Assembly: GCF_006345805.1 (NCBI RefSeq)
Contig: NC_042998.1
Location: 80,972,001-81,036,000 of the forward strand
Length of the DNA stretch: 64,000 nucleotides
Direction: 5' to 3'
Origin: Octopus sinensis
Lineage: Eukaryota
The number at the start of each line of letters is the position of its first letter. Position 1 is the first letter of the stretch. The position numbers and the translations under genes are program-made. Positions 1 to 11,589 of this stretch are shown in pieces. Under the pieces are notes generated by a model. The model had not been told where the DNA came from and ran no database searches. It saw only the letters and a program-made list of their open reading frames with translations.

Positions 1-1059
1 ATTTAGATACCATATTTGCTTGAAGGTGGTTGTTTGTAATCCTGAGAAAAATAATCGGATCGTGCGTGACAATCTGTTTATTACTTTCACAGTGTCTGTA
101 GCAGTTTTCTGATTTTATTGTAGTGAATTTGAACAAAAAGCTGTCTTGCTTTGCATTGATACGTAAATATTTATTGATCAAGATATAAAGAATTCTATTT
201 TCATTGATATAAAATACTTGTAATTGCATTAACAATGGATTGATAAAAACACAATTTATGTTTCAAAAGCTCCTGCATAAGACTATTTTATCTAAAAGCT
301 AAATTTTCATTGGAATATTAAATGGATCCAATGGCAAAGAAGTAGCAGAAGCACTATAGTAATGATTAAATTCCTCATAATTTGTAGATGTGTCATTCTA
401 GTTTCAAAGTTCAAATTCTACCAAGTCGATGGCTAAGTCATTCACATAAATAAAATCAGGTATACATAAGATAAGGAAATTGATTCATTCGTCCATACTT
501 TTTCTACTTAAGAACTGCTTTTGTCAAATAAAATATGTAGAGTACATCGAAAGTATTGTAAGAAAACGATCTTAATCCTCTCAAACTTGGGCCTCCGTGT
601 CAAACTTAACACTCCACCTGGGCTCACGGGCAAAAAGAAATTGAATAGTTGCATATAAAGCTCAAAAGTAACGATTGCCGGCAAACTAATGGACAGAATA
701 TTCTTCTTCTATGTGTGTTTTTCGTTACTGCTTTGCTTGGAATCCAGCGAAGATGATGTTTAATCTATCTCCACAATGGTGGAAATAGGGTGTGGCTGGG
801 CTAACGAAGCATAGTCGAATAGTATTAATTTAAGTGTTACTATTTCTGAGTGTGTACTGTGACATCTGTATATTTTTGCCTATTTAGTGAATTGTCAGGA
901 AATGAGAAGCTGGGCCCATATGCCTTGTGGGCGAAAATGAAGTGTGATTCCCTAAAGACTACAACTCTGGGAGAAATTTTTAGAGTGAAATTCGGAGGTG
1001 TAACGCCGGCTCTTAGTTGAGCTTCGTAAAGATCAGCAATTGATGAGGAATGTAATATT

Positions 1060-1390
1060 CTTTTCTACTCTAGGCACAAAGCTCGAAATTTTGGGGGAGG
1101 GGCCCAGTCGATTAGATCGACACCAGTATGCAACTGGTACTTAATTAAACTGCCCCGAAAGGATGAAACGCAAAGTCAACCTCAGCAGAATTTGAACTCT
1201 GAACGTAAAGACAGACGAAATACCTATTTCTTTACTACCCACAAGGGGCTAAACACAGAGAGGACAAACAAGGACAGATAAAGGGATTAAGTCGATTACA
1301 TCGACCCCAGTGCGTAACTGGTACTTAATCTATCGACCCCAAAAGGATGAAAGGCAAAGTCGACCTCGGCGGAATTTGAACTCAGAACGT
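1060..1390 (-). mobile_element. Dimeric tRNA-derived SINE (family A), 5'-truncated at the B box
   Basis: Two copies of the core GAGTTCAAATTCCGCCGAGGTCGACTTTGCCTTTCATCCTTTCGGGGTCGATAAATTAAGTACCAG on the minus strand, each with a different tail. The same sequence recurs more than 10 times in the window. Confidence 0.9.
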
Positions 1391-1394
1391 ATAA

Positions 1395-1775
1395 GGCGGC
1401 GAGGTGGCAGAAACGTTAGCACGCCGGGCGAAAAGCGTAGCCGTATTTCGTCTGCCTTTACGTTCTGAGTTCAAATTCCGCCGAGGTCGACTTTGCCTTT
1501 TATCCTTTCGATAAATTAAGTACCAGTTACGCATTGGGGTCGATGTATTCGACTTAATCCATTTGTCTGTCCTTGTTTGTCCCCTCTATGTTTAGCTCCT
1601 TGTGGGCAATAAAGAAATAAGAAACGTTAGCACGCCGGGCGAAATGCATAGCGGTATTTCGTCTGTCTTTACGCTGGGGTCGATACATAAAGAACTGGTT
1701 GCGTACTGGGATCGATCTAATCGACTGGCCCCCTCCCTAAAATGTTTGGGGTTTGTGCCTAGAGTAGAAAAGAAT
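1395..1775 (+). mobile_element. tRNA-derived SINE family A, two units
   Basis: Head GGCGGCGAG(G/C)TGGCAGAAACGTTAGC with A box, B box GAGTTCAAAT, shared core and tails. The central domain resembles the Meta/MESC SINE domain (from memory, unverified). Confidence 0.9.
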
Positions 1776-2646
1776 ATTGTATGATCCTGAAAGGAAAGCC
1801 TGATCTATTGAGATGCAAATTTTGCTCATATTATGTATTGCAGATCATCACAACTGAAAAACAGAGTTAGGGAGAACAAGTATTTGAAGAGATCTTCTGG
1901 ATTATATTTGTGCATAATTTTTGTGTAAATGAAATGTATTTGAAACTATTTCCTTATTATGTGTAATGACTGTGTGCTGGCATGGTTAAAGATGACCAGG
2001 CATTGAAGATGACTAGGCTGTTACATACAAATTGAAGGATATTTTCTACTCTTTATTCATTATAGCAATTGGAGAGAACTAGTAAAGCGTTAGGTAAAAA
2101 TAGAATCTCCCTGTTTGAGGAAATAGAAAAGATGGAGATGCTATAAGAAACAGCTACCTCATTAGTTTGAAGAAATGAGATCGAAAATATTTTGCTGTTT
2201 CGTGCGAGTGGGAAGAAGAGAGAGCTAGCGCAGGATTTAGAATGCGAAAGAAACAGTTGTCACTTTTTTAGAATTCAGAACAATCAGAAGAAGAATTCAG
2301 GAAAGGTTTAACTGCGTTTCAAGAAATGTAGAAGACACTGTAACGAATTATTTAAAGCACTGGTGAGGACAATTATTTGGAGTAGTTGCAGGCTGCAAAA
2401 ATCTGAAAACTTGCTAACATTTTGCATGAGAAGAGACTCTTTGAACGGGCTATAATTCAAGAAAGAGAGATAGAGAGGGGATGATGACCCTGCAAAAAAT
2501 ATTTTCTTGTTGTTCTTTTTAGTTTTCTTGACGGTTATGTTTCAGTTGAAAACTTTCTTCTGGTGGTGTAGAAACTATTGCGCACCTGATATAACTATTT
2601 GTAGTCTCTAGTGTTTTGTTCCTAGAAGCTGGTATACGTAAAGGGA

Positions 2647-2677
<31 letters not shown>

Positions 2678-3029
2678 CTAGCAGTATCGCCCGGCGTTGC
2701 TCAGGTTTGTAAGGGAAATAACTATAAAGCATTTTTAGAGAGTTATAGCCAAAAAATAGCAAAAAATGATGGTAAATTTTTTTTGAGTTAAAAAAGGTTG
2801 AGTTGCGTCCCCTAGACAGTCTGTGGTTTGTTTCTGATTCTCGACCCCATGTCGATTTTATCGATTTTTTTCAGAACTGGGGGAACTTTTCAAAATTTTC
2901 GCTGCGTTAGTTTTGAATTATGACATTGGGCTATGTGTGTGTCAAGTTTCATCAGAATCGGTTGAAAGCCGTGGTCAGGGTGAGGGTACAAGCAAACAGA
3001 CACACAGAAACACGCACAGACAAACTGCC

Positions 3030-3035
<6 letters not shown>
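2678..3035 (-). mobile_element. Non-autonomous Helitron
   Basis: Minus-strand 3' end CTAG followed by T, with subterminal hairpin CCTGAGCAACGCCGGG. The last ~100 bp match 59510-59610. The 5' end runs into (TA)n. Confidence 0.8.
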
Positions 3036-3095
<60 letters not shown>

Positions 3096-3808
3096 TGATC
3101 TCATATCTATCATACAGGTTAAAATTAAATCACAATTAATGTCAGGAGGTTGTAGACGTAGGCTTGGTGGAACTCTGACCAGGCAAGTAACTTGAATGTC
3201 ACAGAACTGGTTAAACAGTATTTGTTGAGTAGCGTAGTCAGACGATTCGATGAATACAGAAATTATAATAGTTTAATTAGGAGGTGATTGAAAGGTCAAT
3301 AATGTTTGGGGAGTCGGCGTGTTGATCAAAAGGATCGCTAGGTGGTGATTCTAACAACTTCAGCTATAGTCTATAAATAAAACAATTTGCATGCTGAACC
3401 AGCAGAGTCGCTGATGAAAGAAGATCTATGCATTAAATTAGCACTATATATAATGTAAAGCTATAATTTCAGTGTATTGTAATGTAGTTCTCTTAAATGT
3501 CTGTGTGTTGTATCATTAATAATAGAATATATTTGTCGTATGGTGATATCATTTTTACCGCTAAATATCGTTCTTCTGTTTATTGGTTATGATATTTATT
3601 TGGCTATTTAGTATCACAGTACAGAGTTTTTGGTGTAATTTTTCTGTCTATTTTTGTTGCATATTAAATCTACGTCATCAGATGTAGTTCATCCATTCAT
3701 GATATTTGAAGCTTGATAATAGTAATAGACATAAATGTAAATTAATTGGAAAGCAAATTATCTGTCTGTCTGCCTGTCTCTCTCTCACTCTCTCTAACTC
3801 TTTATATA

Positions 3809-5115
3809 CAGGGGTTGGTCAAAATAATGGAACCACCTTTAAATTTCAAACAAGATTTATTTTAATATGGGGGTAGGATCGCCTTTGGCAGTAATTACAG
3901 TTTGAAATTTACAACGTGTGAATTCGTACGAAGTTTGAATTATTTCCAAAGGAATTTTTGTTCATTCTTCAGCTAAAACAGTTTCCAGTTCTTGTAGTGA
4001 TGATAGCAGAGAATATCGACTGCTTACTTGTTTTTCTAAAATGCACCATAAGTGTTCAATAGTATTGAGATCTGGGGACTGTGGTGGCCAGATAAGATAC
4101 TCAACTTCACTAGAATGCTCCTCCTGCCATTCAATATCAACTTTAGCTGTGTGAATTGTTGCATGATCATCCTGAAAGATTGCGTTCCCCTCGGGAAATA
4201 TTTCCGGAAACACAGGATGAATTTGATCAGATAAAATGCTTAAAAAGTCTTGACTATTAATTCTGTCATGAAGAGAAACCATTGGGCTGGCGGATTTCCA
4301 AGATATATCCCCATCAGATCATCACAGATCCTCCTCAATGCTTAACAGTTGAAAGAAGGCAGTCTGGGTCAAATGCTTCTTTTGGCTGTCTCCACACGTA
4401 TACTCGGCCGGTGGTCGGATATAAAGTAAAGGATGACTAGTCCGAGAAAATAACATTCTTTCACTGCTCAAGGGACCAATACTGTAGGTTTTTACTCCAC
4501 TCTAAATGCTTTGCAACGTTTGTTTTTGAAAATAGTGGTTTTCTGATTGAAGCCCTCCCGTGAAATCTGGCTCTGTGCAGCTCCCGGTTTTGCGGAAACT
4601 GGATTCTCGAGGTAGTCATTAAGCTCAGCTATGATTTTGGGAGCTGTACTTTTGTGATCCTTTCTAACAATTCACGTAAGAGTCCAACGGCCCCTGTGTG
4701 AAAGATTTGGTTTCCTTCCGGAATTTTGTTTCGTCGAGGAGGTTTTTGCCTCTTTCTCAAAGGCTATCATTACTTTCGAGTCAGTACTTCTTGATACACC
4801 AAACATTTCGGCAGTTTTCGTTACGTTAGCACTAGCAATTTGAGCTCTTTGAAGGTCCGATAGGTCTGTTATTTTAATGAAGTTTAATTACCTTTTGCTG
4901 ATATCTAAAAAAAAAACACAGCAATTTTAGCAAAACATTAAGCAACACTAAAAAAAAAAAAAATAAACAAGCTAAAGGTGGTGCTCCAGCATGGCCGCAG
5001 TCAAATGACTGAAACAAGTAAAAGAGTAAAAGAGTAAGCTTTTGACGGTTCTATAGATATTTCAAAATTATGATGCTATGGTGATAGGTGTTTCCATTAT
5101 GTTGTCCAACTCCTG
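3809..5115 (-). mobile_element. Tc1-family DNA transposon, decayed DD34E transposase
   Basis: 29-bp TIRs at 3809-3837 and 5087-5115 (4 mismatches), TA at the left end. ORF 3962-4282 has FQDDHATIH and WPPQSPDLNTIEHLW. Confidence 0.9.
4973..5036 (+). mobile_element. 3' tail of CORE-type SINE family B inserted in the Tc1 element
   Basis: CTAAAGGTGGTGCTCCAGCATGGCCGCAGTCAAATGACTGAAACAAGTAAAAGAG is nearly identical to the tail at 16490-16545. Confidence 0.85.
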
Positions 5116-5120
5116 ACATA

Positions 5121-5372
5121 CATGGTCTGATCAAAATGTATCCGGACTGGTGCCATAGTAACGAAGCTAAAGCACGCAAATTAAAGCCGCTTGGTACAGA
5201 TTGACCTGCAACTCTGCTGCGCATGTTCACTAAGTTTTAACGTTTTAGCTCATTTCTGCTGCTTACATGCACAGCAGAGTTCAAGGTCAATCTTTGCCAA
5301 GCGGCTTTACCTCTGCGAGCTTTAGCTTTTGTTACTATGGCAACAGCCCGGATACTTATTGATCAGACCTTT
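5121..5372. mobile_element. Mariner-derived MITE with ~100-bp inverted arms
   Basis: Termini GGTCTGATCAA...TTGATCAGACC. The left 150 bp align to the left end of the mariner at 21933. Confidence 0.85.
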
Positions 5373-5375
5373 ATA

Positions 5376-5787
5376 CATTGTAAAGGAAAGGTGGAAGATA
5401 GAATATATGAAAATTTTTATTAGTAAACATGACAATTGTTTCGACATATCTATCTTTTTTGATCAATCCACATGACCTTAAACACCCCGTTTTGCCAGGC
5501 GTACCGATATTCTGTCACTTGTTTATATTTATTAATCCACATCATTAACTGATTGTTATATCATTGCTGTTATTTCCATTCAGCACATGTTTTAACATTT
5601 TAATAAACCATTTTCCTTTTATCTTTCTTTCAACCTCACTTGAGTCATATAGTTTGTGGAAAGGACAAATTAGAAATGTTTCAATATTTTCGTCCAATGA
5701 AATTTGGCGAACATTGGTGTTCCGGATTTGTTGTCTGTGGACTCGTGAGCATTCCGATAATGCATTCCCTATCTCGCCTGTAACATT
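5376..5787 (-). mobile_element. Penelope-like element, 3' piece (GIY-YIG C-terminus and 3' pLTR/UTR)
   Basis: ORF 5545-5835 contains GEIGNALSECSRVHRQQIR...ERKIKGKWFIKMLKHVLN. It is homologous to plus-strand 6817-6956 and carries an HHR remnant at 5424-5525. Confidence 0.8.
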
Positions 5788-6956
5788 CATACTGTAACCT
5801 TCATACATCCTCAAAAACAATACATTCCTTTTCAATGGAAAAAACTACCTCCAAATTCGAGACACAGCTATGGGGACGCGATTGGCTCCAGTTTTCGCGA
5901 ACTCAGTATTGGGATACTTGGAACAAAACCTATATAAAAAATTGAAGAGCACTACGGCATGACCGTTAAAACATATATAGAGGACACATGGAAAAGATAT
6001 CTCGATGACTGTTTCCTAATTTGGACCAAAGCCCTTGAAAATCTGGAAGAATTCAGTACCCTCCTCAATAATCTACACCCTAGTCTTAAATTCACAAGAG
6101 AAATGACCAACACACAATTACCATTTCTTGACATAATGATAATTAAAAACAACACCACAATCACAACTGATATTTATTACAAAAGCACAGATACATACTA
6201 GTACCTAAATTTCAAATCATGCCACCCAACACACACAAAACGCAACATTCAGTACTGTCTAGGCAGGAAAATTTGTACTATAGTGGAAGATCAAAATAGC
6301 AGAAACATATGACTTATAGAACTCAAAGGATTTCTGCTCATGCAAATATATCCTCTCTTACTTATAGAAAATAGCAAACAACGAGCAAAAGAGATACCTA
6401 TAGAAGAACTTAGAGCAACACGAAAAAGACGAACCCACCAAAGGAACACAATGTCATTTTTAGTAACACACATTCTGCATCACCAAAACATTCTTCTCAT
6501 CATAAAATAAATTCACCAATCATAAAATAAAGGGAAAAAAAAAAAACAACATAACCAAACATTTATCTTAAGAAAACTGCAACCACATAACCCAAAGAAA
6601 CTATTAAGAAAGGCAAAATCCAACATGACCAAACAGGATAACACATTCACAGTATTCAAGTGTAATGATAACAGATGTGGAACGTGTCATTACATGAATA
6701 CGGGTAGATCCATTAGAACAAAACAAATGGAAGGATTTTCGCGAATGCAGATATGAACTGCAAAAGGAGAAATTTGATATTCTGCATTAAATGTCCGAAT
6801 TGTGAGGAATTATATATAGGCGAGACAGGGAATGCATTACCGGAACGCTCACAGATAGCAAATCCCGAACACCAATGTTCGCCAAATTCCATTGAGTGAA
6901 CATATAGAGACATGTGGTAAAAATAAATGCTTCTAATTTTTCCTTTCCACAAACTA
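5785..6956 (+). mobile_element. Penelope-like element, RT C-terminal half plus GIY-YIG endonuclease, with stops and frameshifts
   Basis: Translations ILKNNTFLFNGKNYLQIRDTAMGTRLAPVFAN, WKRYLDDCFLIW (YxDD), FKSCHPTHTKRNI and NLIFCIKCPNCEELYIGETGNAL. Confidence 0.9.
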
Positions 6957-7029
6957 GATCAGTACCTCTACCAAATCGTCATTGCTTGTGCAAGTGCGTA
7001 GTGTACTACATATCAGACGACGAATTGAC

Positions 7030-7130
7030 TATGGACCAATGTGAAATGAGGCACTTTGCTCAATAACACAACACACCGCTCGGTTCGGGAAACGAAGGCA
7101 AACACGATCTCGCGATCCTGTGTATAACAC
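7030..7130 (-). mobile_element. Degenerate SINE fragment (family C)
   Basis: Reverse complement has GGATCGCG...TTTCCCGAACCGAGCGGTGTGTTGTG...GGCAAAGTGCC, similar to the SINE head at 62481-62558. Confidence 0.45.
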
Positions 7131-7189
7131 ATTAACAATTAGGCGATGCACCCTCATATACATACATACAACATACATACATACATTAT

Positions 7190-8341
7190 GTCTGTCCCCT
7201 CGTTATCGAGTATGACCATTGCACGAAGCTTAACTGTTACTGGTGCTGTGATCGAATGTGACTTTTTAGCCCAGCTAAAGGTCTACAATGTCTTGTACAA
7301 AATTGGCAACTAAAACCTTTACTGGTGATAGCCGGCTGTAGTTTTAACTGGACTTCATGTATCTTTGCATGTCGTTTAAGTCCTCCTGCCGAATTACACT
7401 CTCTTCCACATGCCCAACAGATATTTTTAGTATGGTGTGTTACACCACCACCAGTGGCCAGGTTGTCGCTCATCTGTCTCGTTTTATGACTACGAAGATG
7501 ACTCTTGAGTCCAGCTTTACTGAGGCAGGGTCTTGCACAGACGTTGCATGTCAGCATTAAAGGAAGACCCTTCCCTTCTGGAAGTGTAACAGCGATGCCC
7601 TTCCTAACATACCTCCTTACTTTCTCATGTGCAACTCGAGATTTCTCAAAAATGGCTGCCCCCTCATGCACAGTCCTTCTCCACCTGCTACGATCAATAG
7701 CTATGCCTTCCCATGTGTCAGGAGAGATGCAAGCATCTCTTAAGGAAGTCTTCAGCAAGTCATTATACCTCTTTTTTGGTTTATGTGGAGGTCGTTCTCC
7801 TTTAGCTAACTCTCCATAAAAGAGTTGTTTTGATATCCTTGAATCCTTCATCCTGACCAGATGACCACTCCATCTGAGCCTTTGCTTTAACACAAGAGCT
7901 TCTATGCTTTCACACCGAGAGCCTTCCAATATTTCAAGATCACTGATGTAGTCCTTCCACTTAATGCCATAGATCCGTCTGAGGCACATCTGATGGAAAC
8001 GTTCCAGTTGTTTAAGGTGGTATCGATATGTGACCCACGTCTCGCAGGTATAGAGAAGAGAAGGGAGCACACATGCCTTGTACACCTTTATCTTTGTCTT
8101 TCTGCATATGTCTCGCCGACTCCAGAGGCGCTTTTATAGCCTTCTGAAAGCAACACTTGCTTTCCTAATTCTATATGGAATTTCATCATCCAAATTGCCA
8201 TATCTATTAATAGTGCTTCCCTGGTAGACAAACTGATCAACTACATCAAGTCGTTTATCATACACATAGATATTTGGTACACTATACTGCTTACCAGGGG
8301 CAGGTTGATGCATGACAACAGTTTTCTTGAGATTGACTGTC
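7190..8341 (-). mobile_element. RTE-clade LINE, 5'-truncated; RT C-terminus with three C2H2 zinc fingers
   Basis: ORFs 8134-8341 (VNLKKTVVM...DDEIPYRIRKASVAF) and 7237-8085 (VLPSLLYTCETW, LRWSGHLVRM) are joined by a frameshift. A short 3' UTR ends in (TATG)n. Confidence 0.92.
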
Positions 8342-8704
8342 ATACATACATACATACATACATACATACATACATACATACATACATTCAAACATACATA
8401 CAAATGTGTTAGTACGTTGGTTTATATGTATATATAGCTAAGGAGAACTAACCAAATTTTCGTTAACAAACGTATTTTGGAGAGTTTAAAACCCAGGTCC
8501 TAGAATATCCACATCTGTGTTGTACATTTACCTCATGTTCTTCCTACAGGTAAGACGAAATGTTTAATGTTCGCCACCCACAAACATCTTTGCCAGTATA
8601 TATACAGTGAAGCTTTACTATAGCATCGCATATTATCGACTGCTACGTCCAGTAAATATTGGTGCATTGTTGTATCACTATTCTACACACACACACACAC
8701 ACAT

Positions 8705-8740
<36 letters not shown>

Positions 8741-8760
8741 ATATGTATGTATATTCATTA

Positions 8761-8994
8761 TATAATCAGTAAAGAGGAAACTGTTTTCGGTGACAGTATA
8801 GACAATTTCTAGTTTCATTTCGGATTTAGTATTCTTATAAAATATTTCTCCTTTGCCTTTCGTAGTTGATTATTTTCTTTCTAAGGTGAAAGAAGAATAC
8901 TTTATAAGAATTCTAAATCCGAAACGAAATCGGAAATTGTTTATTCGGCTGCAAAAAAAATACAAAAAATCTAACTTCCTCTATACAGATTATA
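8761..8994. repeat. Foldback/MITE-like inverted repeat
   Basis: Imperfect arms of ~100 bp, e.g. GACAATTTCTAGTTTCATTTCGGATTTAGTATTCTTATAAAATATT versus AATACTTTATAAGAATTCTAAATCCGAAACGAAATCGGAAATTGTT, with a ~22-nt spacer. Confidence 0.75.
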
Positions 8995-9401
8995 TAATTC
9001 ATACATAATTCATTTCTTTAAACATTTTTATCCCAGTCTTTCCAAAACCGGTAATTTTACATGTTAAACTGAACTTTTAGTTGACTAGTGCTGGGTTAAC
9101 CATTCAGTAAAATAAGACCAGGTGTTGCACCACGGAAATGGTATATGGCTTACAACACAAAAGTAATCACTTTAAACTTCAAAGTGGTTTATATGATCGG
9201 AAATATAATTTCCAAGTCTTCATAGTTACATAGTGAGGATTGATCGAAGACTTTGCAATTAAAAAGTAAGTAGAAAACTTTTCAAATATAAATAAACTGG
9301 AAGTATACAAAAATAAACATTATTTTCCATTTTACTGTTAGTTGTGTTTCATTTTGAAAAATGAAAAAAATATTTTATGGTTTATTATTGTTTTTATTTC
9401 G

Positions 9402-9530
<129 letters not shown>

Positions 9531-10306
9531 GGCACCAAAAGTTTTAAAGCGTATAGGGTATGTAGGTTTTAATCCAAACCTCAGCGGCTCCATCATTATA
9601 AGGTGTTTTTAATACTCGACTGAGTCAGAACGCCCAATATCAGACGTTGGATTCATACAATTTTTTCTAATTTTGTAATCTTTTAAGTACGGAAATATTA
9701 TTTACAGAAGTATTATATAACAAAACAGGAAAATAGAATTGTTTGGGTATTATTTATTCTCCATTACACAAGAGTTACCTGTTATATTGTCATGTAAGGA
9801 ATTACCTATGAGAAATTCGTTAGACAGCGAAAACGTTTTATAACACAGTAATATAAAAAATGTTCTCTCTCTAACGGATGTCATGTCTACAGGAGCTGTG
9901 GATCCGAGTTCCACGGGATATCACCGTTTTTTTTCTATCCGAAAGCTTTCTGAAACCCAATATTTACATACTATTATTTAAAGCTATACATGCTTCGATA
10001 ATCCTCTAATCGAAGAGCGATTTCGCATTCCCTCGAAATTTTCTCCTTATGACGTCACCAAAATACACTTTACAATTCTCGCTAATAAGAATAAAGTTTC
10101 CAAAACTGATAGAGAAATTAGGAGGATTTTTTTGATCCAATGCAAGAACGCTCGTCACGTCCACAGAGAGCAGCTTACGGTCCCAGGGGTTGCCTTCGAC
10201 TTTGGTGTCCAAAAGGCTTTTCAACCCATTAATTTAAAGCCTTTAGTTATAGTTTTATGTTTGCTTTGAGATACACACACACACACGCACACACACACAC
10301 ACACAC

Positions 10307-10357
<51 letters not shown>

Positions 10358-10660
10358 TGCACAGGCACACACACGCTCACATACACACAATCTTTTATTT
10401 TTTTAATTGTTTCAACAATTTGACTGCAGCCATGCTGGAGCATCGCCTTAAAGAGCTTGAGTCGAAGAAATCGACCGAAGGAGTTATTCTTTGTAAGCCT
10501 AGTACTAATTTTATGGGCATCTTTTGCCGAACCGCAAACTTACGGGGATATAAACACACCAACATCGGTTGTCAAGCGATGGTGGTGGTGGGAGGACTAA
10601 CACAGACACACGCACATACATACATACATACATACATACATACATACATACATACATACA

Positions 10661-10692
<32 letters not shown>

Positions 10693-10721
10693 CATACATA
10701 CATACATATATATATATATAT

Positions 10722-10900
10722 ATGGTAAATGAAAGACGGAATATGGGATATACGAGAATTTTTATTAATCACGACAATTGCTTCGACATATCTAGCATCT
10801 ATCCCTTATGGGTGGGAAACTTAACAACTGGTTCAGAAGTATCCGGCGGCGCAGATGTGTCTCATCGGGTGATAAATAGATACAAATCGTTAAAATAAGA
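10722..10900 (-). mobile_element. Penelope-like pLTR fragment (same family as 5376-5525)
   Basis: GATAGAT...ATATGTCGAA(A/G)CAATTGTC.TG.TT..TAATAAAAATT is shared with 5376-5460. Confidence 0.7.
10768..10873 (-). ncRNA. Degenerate minimal type I hammerhead ribozyme
   Basis: Stem I ATCAC/GTGAT; core CCGATGA (U4C); stem II GACA/TGTC with a ~70-nt loop; GAAGC (A15.1G); palindromic AATT; GTC cleavage triplet. Confidence 0.65.
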
Positions 10901-11117
10901 GTTTCGTCTAACAAATCCATTCACAAAGCTTTAGTCGGCCCAAGGCTATAGAAGACACAAACCCAAGGTGTCACGCAGTGGAACTGAACCCGGAACCGTG
11001 TGGTTGTGAAGCAAGCTTCTTATTACACAACGACAACCGCGCCTCTCTTTCTTTATATGTATACGTTTATACATACATACATCATACATACATACATACA
11101 TACATACATACATACAT

Positions 11118-11148
<31 letters not shown>

Positions 11149-11499
11149 TACACACACACATATACACATGATAATATCAAATAATGTAAATGAGTGCTTA
11201 GCACCACATTAGCTTAACGAGGCTACCGATGGTTTCATGTGAAGGGATCTTCACAATTGTTCAAACGTGCCATACGGAAGCGTTGGTACTCGATTTCATT
11301 TTGTATGGGAATATACGAGGTAACAGGTGACGGAACGGGATTTCGGAATAAATATGTGAATCACTAGAGATAACGTCTAAGAATGACATGATACCAATCA
11401 ATACTTTCATGTGGCACGCTCTAACAATTGCGAAGATCTTTTCACATGGAACCATTTGTAGACGTTTTAACCAACAAATATAAAAGTGCTTGTGTGTAA

Positions 11500-11553
<54 letters not shown>

Positions 11554-11589
11554 ACGTGTGTGTGTTCGTGTGTATGTGTGTGTGTATGT

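Larger units (their letters stand above)
10385..11035 (-). mobile_element. CORE-type SINE family B split by microsatellite and a Penelope pLTR fragment
   Basis: The 3' half at 10385-10600 and the 5' half at 10900-11035 both match the intact copy at 16596-16950. Confidence 0.85.

Noticed and set aside
1-160. 53-codon stop-free frame on the minus strand at the window edge
   Set aside because: No recognisable motif or splice signals; expected by chance.
2195-2270. GAAAC-AGTT-GTC as a possible hammerhead
   Set aside because: No CUGANGA core and no stem II upstream.
4990-5030. SINE B tail hairpin AGTC-AAAT-GACT followed by GAAACAAGTA
   Set aside because: It resembles the 3' half of an HHR but lacks the CUGANGA core and stem I; better explained as a LINE-type 3' stem-loop.
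8496-8555. Strong donor-like CAG|GTAAGA
   Set aside because: No convincing acceptor or coding frame upstream; could be a non-coding exon but is unsupported.
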